Origin: Geobacter sulfurreducens PCA
GTDB taxonomy: Bacteria; Desulfobacterota; Desulfuromonadia; Geobacterales; Geobacteraceae
Assembly (NCBI RefSeq): GCF_000007985.2
Contig: NC_002939.5
Coordinates: 60,001 to 92,000 of the forward strand
Reading direction: 5' to 3'
DNA length: 32,000 bases
Made by a program: the position numbers and the translations under genes. Below are positions 27,422 to 32,000 of the stretch, in pieces. Position 1 is the stretch's first letter. The number at the start of each line of letters is the position of its first letter. The notes under the pieces were generated by a model, which was given only the letters and a program-made list of their open reading frames with translations, searched no databases and was not told the DNA's origin.

Positions 27422-27456
27422 AAAAAAAGAGGACGGCAGTAGCCGTCCTCTTTTTT
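27422..27456. terminator. Bidirectional intrinsic terminator
   Basis: A7 run, 10-bp stem AGAGGACGGC-agta-GCCGTCCTCT, then T6. It lies 19 nt downstream of the OMP gene stop on the - strand. Confidence 0.8.
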
Positions 27457-27474
27457 GACGAGCATGTCGTCGAG

Positions 27475-28077
27475 TCAGTTGAAAAATAGTCTGACACCGA
27501 AGGTGGCGGCAACGCCGCTGGGATCGAAATTGCCCGATTTTCCCCCCGGTGCGTCGATGTCCACTTCGGGAGCCACGACCCCTCTTACCTCGGCATTCAG
27601 GACGAGGTGCTTGGTCAGGAAGTAATCAAGTCCGCCGCAGAGGTGAACGCCGACGGTGGGGTCCACATCGGCCCCGCCCGGGCGATCGTAATCGCTGATG
27701 AGGATGTCGATGCCTCCCCCTGCATAGGGAGAGAGCTTCGGCTGCGGGGTGTCGAAGCGGTACTGGACTCCCATAGCGATGTTGGTCACCGAGAAGTCGC
27801 CCTGGTCGAGGCCGGACACCAGCTCTGCGCCGAATTTGGTATAGGTCACATCGACCTCTGCCGCCAGGTTGTCCGTGACCCCGTAGATCAGTCCACCGCC
27901 ACCGAGGAACCCGGCGTCGGTCTCCAGTTTGTAGTTGTCGAAATCGCTGTCGCCGGGGAGGTAAAAGCCGATTTTGCCGGTGATCCCGAGTCGCCCCTTG
28001 ATGTTTTCCGCCAACGCGGTACCGCTGCCGGCAGCGACGGTCAGAGTCAGGCAGAGCAGGGCAATAAGTCGTTTCAT
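27475..28077 (-). CDS. Outer-membrane beta-barrel protein (OmpW/OmpA-like small barrel)
   Basis: The signal peptide is MKRLIALLCLTLTVAAGSGTALA|E. The protein shows alternating aromatic/hydrophobic beta-strand patterns, is Gly-rich, and has an aromatic C-terminus ...FGVRLFFN. Confidence 0.8.
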   Translation of the reverse strand: MKRLIALLCLTLTVAAGSGTALAENIKGRLGITGKIGFYLPGDSDFDNYKLETDAGFLGGGGLIYGVTDNLAAEVDVTYTKFGAELVSGLDQGDFSVTNIAMGVQYRFDTPQPKLSPYAGGGIDILISDYDRPGGADVDPTVGVHLCGGLDYFLTKHLVLNAEVRGVVAPEVDIDAPGGKSGNFDPSGVAATFGVRLFFN

Positions 28078-28130
28078 GTCGAGAAACCTCCATGTCGTGA
28101 TCGCGACGCCGCTTGGCGCCGCGGTAGTTA

Positions 28131-28784
28131 TCAGGCCATCTCGACGACGGCCTTGACCGCTTTTTCGATCCCCTCTGCCGCTTCCGAGATACGGTTGGCG
28201 AGCATGTAGGCGGGCGTGGTGACGATTTTGTTTTCCCGGTCAACGACGAACTCGGCAACCGGGCAGGAAACATGTTCGCTGCCTGTTTCCGTAATGGCGG
28301 CGGCGGTGCCGGCGTCGGTGCCAATGGTCACCTTCGGCTTGTAGTCGCGGCCGAGGGTGGCGGCGATAAGGGCCGGGGCGATGCAGATGGCTCCGATGGG
28401 TTTTTTGGCCACGGCCATCTCGCGGATGAGGCGGGCCACTTCCGGGTTGATGGTGGCCGCCGCCCCTTTCTCGGCAAAGGTGCACAGGTTCTTTGCCGCG
28501 CCGTAACCGCCGGGGAAGATAACGGCATCGAGTTCCACAGCCGACACATCCTTCACATCCCGAATCTTACCCCGGGCGATCCGCGCTGCCTCCACAAGTG
28601 CGTTGCGGGTGGCACCGGTTTCCTGGGAGGTGAGGTGGTTCACCTCGCGAAACTCCATGCTCGGGGCCATGCAGACCGCCTCGGCACCGTTGCGGTCGAT
28701 GGCGAGGAGCGTCAGGACCGCCTCGTGGATCTCGCTACCGTCATAGACGCCGCAGCCGGAAAGAACAACACCGATCTTTTTCAT
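28131..28784 (-). CDS. elbB: ElbB-like DJ-1/PfpI-family protein (isoprenoid biosynthesis/glyoxalase ElbB)
   Basis: MKKIGVVLSGCGVYDGSEIHEAVLTLLAIDRNGAE...AVIFPGGYGAAKNLC...PIGAICIAPALIA is the characteristic ElbB pattern. AAGGAGGAG lies upstream. Confidence 0.85.
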   Translation of the reverse strand: MKKIGVVLSGCGVYDGSEIHEAVLTLLAIDRNGAEAVCMAPSMEFREVNHLTSQETGATRNALVEAARIARGKIRDVKDVSAVELDAVIFPGGYGAAKNLCTFAEKGAAATINPEVARLIREMAVAKKPIGAICIAPALIAATLGRDYKPKVTIGTDAGTAAAITETGSEHVSCPVAEFVVDRENKIVTTPAYMLANRISEAAEGIEKAVKAVVEMA

Positions 28785-28856
28785 GGGCTCCTCCTTCGTT
28801 GTCCTGGAATCGTAATGATGCGGGACGATATTCGGTGGGTGCAGCTTAAAGCGGCA

Positions 28857-29774
28857 CTAATTGTAATCATTCCCCTTATCTTCCGCAAGCGCGATCGTCA
28901 CGGCCCGCTCGTAGGTGGTGAGCGGGAAGGGGATGAAGTCGCGAATCCGGTTTTCGCGGCAGACGACCTCATTTTTCAACCCCTCGATGAGCGGAATGGC
29001 GATAGAGGGTCGTACCGGCGTGACAAGACCCACCCAGTAGGACGAAAGTCTGGGCGTCAGCACCGGCACTGACAGGATCATGGTGAATGTTTTCTCCACC
29101 CCTGCGAGCCGTTCCATCATCTCTCGATAGGTGAGGATGTCGGGGCCGCCGATGTCGAAGGTTTCGCCCGTGGTCCGCTCGTCCTCCAGGCAGCCGGTCA
29201 GGTAGCTGATGACGTCCCCCACGGCGATTGGCTGGCAGCGCGTGGAGACCCACCGGGGAGTGATCATGACCGGCAGGCGCTCCACCAGCGCCCGGATCAT
29301 TTCGAAGGAAGCGCCACCGGCACCGATGATGATGGCTGCCCGCAGGAACGTGGTGCGGAATGAGCCCCGCCGCAGAATGGCGGCTACTTCGAGGCGGCTC
29401 GCCAAGTGTTCCGACAGATGATCGCCCGTCTCGCCGAGCCCCCCGAGGTAGATGGCCCGCCTCAGGCCCGCCCGGTTGCCCGCAGCCACAAAATGCTCCG
29501 CTGCCTCCCGGTCCCGCCGTTCAAACCCGGCTCGGCCGCCGGCCATGGAATGAACCAGGTAGAAGGCGGTGTCGATCCCCGCCAGGGCGGCATCGAGCCC
29601 TTCGCGGGTCAGGATGTCGCCCACCACGCGCTCTGCCCCGTCGGGAAGCGGGGCATCGGGCCGTCGGACGAGACAGCGCACCCGGTGGCCGCCGGCCAGT
29701 AGGGCCGACACGAGCCTCTTGCCGATAAATCCGGTTGCACCGGTGACCAATACGATCCCTTCTCCGGGGTTCAT
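28857..29774 (-). CDS. NAD(P)-binding SDR-family protein (atypical SDR / NmrA-like epimerase-dehydratase fold)
   Basis: The N-terminal Rossmann motif is VLVTGATGFIGKRLV. The product is 305 aa. AGGAGG lies upstream of ATG 29774. Confidence 0.85.
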   Translation of the reverse strand: MNPGEGIVLVTGATGFIGKRLVSALLAGGHRVRCLVRRPDAPLPDGAERVVGDILTREGLDAALAGIDTAFYLVHSMAGGRAGFERRDREAAEHFVAAGNRAGLRRAIYLGGLGETGDHLSEHLASRLEVAAILRRGSFRTTFLRAAIIIGAGGASFEMIRALVERLPVMITPRWVSTRCQPIAVGDVISYLTGCLEDERTTGETFDIGGPDILTYREMMERLAGVEKTFTMILSVPVLTPRLSSYWVGLVTPVRPSIAIPLIEGLKNEVVCRENRIRDFIPFPLTTYERAVTIALAEDKGNDYN

Positions 29775-29885
29775 AAATTCCTCCTGGGCAGATGGCGGCG
29801 AAAATCTATCTATCTACCTATTGTACACGCTTCTGCCGTAAGACAAGGGCAGGCGGCTGTGGTATGGTTGTGGCGGGAGGAGGCG

Positions 29886-30485
29886 ATGCGCAAAACGGAA
29901 GGTCCGTTCACGAGAGAGATAGCCTGCCAGCAGATCCTCATGGAGGATTCCTCTGTATTCTCGGTCCAGTGGACGACGGTACCCTCAGACCTCCGCCCGC
30001 GGCTTTCCGCTGAGTTTCTCCTCGAGCGGTATCTTGCCTACATCCGGCGCTTCACGCTTACCCTGATCCGGCCGATGGTCGCGGCGGACGGTATCGCCTT
30101 CCGTCTGGCCGGGACGCGCCGGAGCCTGATTCTCTTTACCCCGCCGGCACGACGGGAGGGTCCCGGCCATGAATCGCTCTCCCTCCGCATCTGCGGCGGA
30201 TTCCTGGTTCAGGGCCGTCAGTGCGACCGCGGAGAGCTTTCGTTCATGCTGGATGACGACGTTTCCGGGGTGCGTCTCACTCTGCGACTGACCGACTACT
30301 GCCCGCTGCTGCTCGGGAGCAGTGAACCGTCGCGGCTTCGGAAATGGCTCTATCGCTTCACGCAGGCTTACATCCACAAAGTGGTGACGGTCCGTTTCCT
30401 GGCACGGGTATATGCTGACCTGGCCGGGGGCGGAGGGTGCGTGCGGGTGGTCCGGGCGAGGGTCCGGGAAGGCGAGGATCTGTAG
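29886..30485 (+). CDS. Hypothetical protein (199 aa), divergent from the SDR gene
   Basis: ATG 29886 follows GGAGGAGG, within track ORF 29859..30485. Coding-like, but I did not recognise a family. Confidence 0.55.
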   Translation: MRKTEGPFTREIACQQILMEDSSVFSVQWTTVPSDLRPRLSAEFLLERYLAYIRRFTLTLIRPMVAADGIAFRLAGTRRSLILFTPPARREGPGHESLSLRICGGFLVQGRQCDRGELSFMLDDDVSGVRLTLRLTDYCPLLLGSSEPSRLRKWLYRFTQAYIHKVVTVRFLARVYADLAGGGGCVRVVRARVREGEDL

Positions 30486-30566
30486 CATCCCCGGCGGACC
30501 TGGTTGCAAAGCGGATGGCCCGTGCTAGGCTTTTTTCGTCAGAACCGAACACGAGGGAGGGACGCC

Positions 30567-30764
30567 ATGAAAGAGCAGGACCGCACAGCGGTATGCAATC
30601 GCACCGAACACAAGGAAGAGAATGTCAGGGTCCGGAACGTGAAAACCGGCGAGATCGGCTTCACCTTCGGCTGCACCGAGGAGGGGGGAACCATTCAGGT
30701 TCGGCTGACGAATGGTCAGTTGGACAGCTGGGTGGCTGCTGACTGCGAGGAAGCGCCCGAGTAG
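30567..30764 (+). CDS. Small hypothetical protein (65 aa)
   Basis: ATG 30567 follows GAGGGAGGGA, within track ORF 30504..30764. The product is MKEQDRTAVCNRTEHKEENVRVRNVKTGEIGFTFGCTEEGGTIQVRLTNGQLDSWVAADCEEAPE. Confidence 0.4.
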   Translation: MKEQDRTAVCNRTEHKEENVRVRNVKTGEIGFTFGCTEEGGTIQVRLTNGQLDSWVAADCEEAPE

Positions 30765-30773
30765 GGGAGTGCC

Positions 30774-31115
30774 GTGGAAGGACGAAAGAGCAAGCGGCTG
30801 TCGGTGGAGGTGGGGTGCTGGCTCGTGGAAATGGACGGAGCCACCTGCCTCTACACCTTTGATCTGTCGGACGAGGGGGTGGCGGTCATTACGGAGGACC
30901 CGCTGCCGGTCGGGCGCAGCGTTATCCTCCAGTTTTTCACCCCCCGCTCGGCCAGTGCCGTGACCCTGAAGGCCCAGGTGGTCTGGAGCCGCCTGGAGCC
31001 GGAAGGGGCCATGGGCCTGCGGTTCGTGGAGATGGATGTCCGGGGCCGGGAGACGTTGCGTGAGTTCATGCGACTGCTGTTGGAGCAGCGGCAGCGGGAA
31101 CGGCCCGTTCGTTAA
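30774..31115 (+). CDS. PilZ-domain protein (c-di-GMP receptor type)
   Basis: The RxxxR motif (RKSKR) and the D-x-S-x-x-G motif (DLSDEGV) are at canonical spacing. The product is a 113-aa single-domain protein. Confidence 0.8.
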   Translation: MEGRKSKRLSVEVGCWLVEMDGATCLYTFDLSDEGVAVITEDPLPVGRSVILQFFTPRSASAVTLKAQVVWSRLEPEGAMGLRFVEMDVRGRETLREFMRLLLEQRQRERPVR

Positions 31116-31133
31116 CCTTTCGGCCGGACCGGC

Positions 31134-31724
31134 TCAGTCCCGGGTATAGAGAACCGCCACTGCCCGGGCCCGTTCTTCTCCCACCGACACGTAGCCGTGG
31201 GGCTCCGAGGAATCGTAGTAGATGCTGTCGCCCGGCAGGAGCCGCATGACATCGCTACCGTAGTGGAATTCCAGCTCTCCGTCGAGCAGATAGATGAACT
31301 CGAAGCCATCGTGCCGGTAGAAGAAGCTGTCGCTCCAGTCGGTCAACTCGAACTCCACCAGGAAGGGTTCCATGGGCTTGTGCCTGATGCCTGGGGCCAG
31401 GGACCGGTAGATGTAGCCATGGGGCGCATCATTGCCTGAGCGCCGCCGGGTCGGCTGCTGCTGTGCTGCCCGGGTCAGCACCACTTTCTGCTGGTCTTCT
31501 TCCTCTTCGAAAAAGTAGTGGATGCCCACCTTCAGTCCTTTGGATATCTTGAGCAACGTGGCAATCGGAGGGGTGACCTGATCGTTTTCGATCTGGGAAA
31601 GAAGGGGTTTCGAGAGTCCCGAGAGCTCAGACAGTTCCTGGAGGGTGAGCCGCCGATCCTGACGGAGTTTTCTGATCTTGGCGCCGAGCCGCAATTCCTT
31701 GATCTGGGATTTGATATCGTCCAC
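31134..31724 (-). CDS. XRE-family HTH transcriptional regulator with a C-terminal cupin domain
   Basis: GTG 31724 follows GAGGAG. The HTH is LGAKIRKLRQDRRLTLQELSELSGLSKPLLSQIENDQ. The C-terminal cupin-like part reads FEFIYLLDGELEFHYG...GDSIYYDSSEPHGY. Confidence 0.85.
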   Translation of the reverse strand: MDDIKSQIKELRLGAKIRKLRQDRRLTLQELSELSGLSKPLLSQIENDQVTPPIATLLKISKGLKVGIHYFFEEEEDQQKVVLTRAAQQQPTRRRSGNDAPHGYIYRSLAPGIRHKPMEPFLVEFELTDWSDSFFYRHDGFEFIYLLDGELEFHYGSDVMRLLPGDSIYYDSSEPHGYVSVGEERARAVAVLYTRD

Positions 31725-31905
31725 GATGAACTCCTCTCCTGCCCGTTATAGGTCAACTCCCGCGGGAGCGTCAAGTGCTAATCCGAATGGCCGCGGGGCG
31801 CGGCTCGGCGCCGAAAGGGCGTTGACATCCCCGGGCATATTGGCTACTCTTTCAAAGGGTTAGAGCGATCAGCTCTCATGAACCGGTATGAGCGAGGTTC
31901 TTTGC

Positions 31906-32000
31906 ATGTTCGTCCGTCGTCTGCTACTGATATCGTTGGTCTTTGTCACAACTCTCACCGCCTGCTCGAAGAAGGAAGAAAAGCTCTTCTATGAGTCGGG
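31906..32000 (+). CDS. Lipoprotein, N-terminal part only (runs off the window)
   Basis: MFVRRLLLISLVFVTTLTACSKKEEK has a signal peptide with lipobox LTAC. GAGG lies about 8 nt upstream. Confidence 0.45.
   Translation, partial: MFVRRLLLISLVFVTTLTACSKKEEKLFYES

Noticed and set aside
27218-27442. 74-aa + strand ORF in the long intergenic region
   Set aside because: It has no SD and an odd composition, and it ends inside the bidirectional terminator. It is more likely non-coding.
27607-29072. Long ORFs 27607..28209 (+), 27626..28324 (-) and 28272..29072 (+)
   Set aside because: They are shadows of the OMP, elbB and SDR genes, which have clear signal-peptide, ElbB and Rossmann motifs plus good SDs on the minus strand.

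Overview
This is a high-GC segment that looks like a Geobacter (G. sulfurreducens-like, Desulfuromonadota) chromosome. That assignment is inferred from the Csb1/Csb2/Csb3 cas gene set, a multihaem cytochrome module and an apparent selenocysteine recoding. All calls were made by eye from the sequence and the ORF track, with no searches run. From left to right there are four blocks. (1) 1-3.9 kb is a decayed accessory patch. It holds a 5'-truncated RHS toxin tip with a candidate immunity ORF. Next is an IS21-family element (istA/istB) with clear multi-site terminal inverted repeats but no target-site duplication. It abuts a 5'-truncated IS3-family orfB. (2) 4.1-17.6 kb is a complete type I-G (formerly I-U) CRISPR-Cas locus. 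In order it contains a WYL regulator, a Tat-signal HIRAN-domain protein, cas3 (helicase with C-terminal HD), csb3, csb1 and csb2. An oppositely oriented ParE/RelE-type toxin-antitoxin pair follows. Then come a cas4-cas1 fusion, cas2, a roughly 205-bp AT-rich leader and a 38-spacer array with a 37-nt repeat. The last repeat breaks off after 15 nt. (3) 17.6-21.4 kb directly abuts the array and is a decayed integrative element. It has small ORFs separated by three copies of a structured element about 95 nt long, a type IV coupling-protein fragment, an AlpA-like excisionase and a P4-type tyrosine integrase. It ends in only the 3' half of a tRNA-Arg(ACG), which still carries its own terminator (an att remnant). 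(4) 21.4-32 kb holds core genes: tadA, tRNA-Ser(CGA), a small protein, and a peroxiredoxin-like gene with an in-frame UGA at the catalytic Cys position (UxxC, probably selenocysteine, split into two ORFs in the track). It continues with a beta-carbonic anhydrase and a tetrahaem cytochrome c / 4Fe-4S / NrfD-like module. The remaining genes are a membrane protein, an OMP beta-barrel, elbB, an SDR, a hypothetical, a PilZ protein, an XRE-cupin regulator and the start of a lipoprotein. The items most worth follow-up are the Tat-HIRAN plus WYL pair at the head of the cas operon, the triplicated structured RNA-like element in the island remnant, the half tRNA-Arg att site (the CRISPR-Cas locus may be island cargo), and the UGA-recoded thioredoxin-fold gene.
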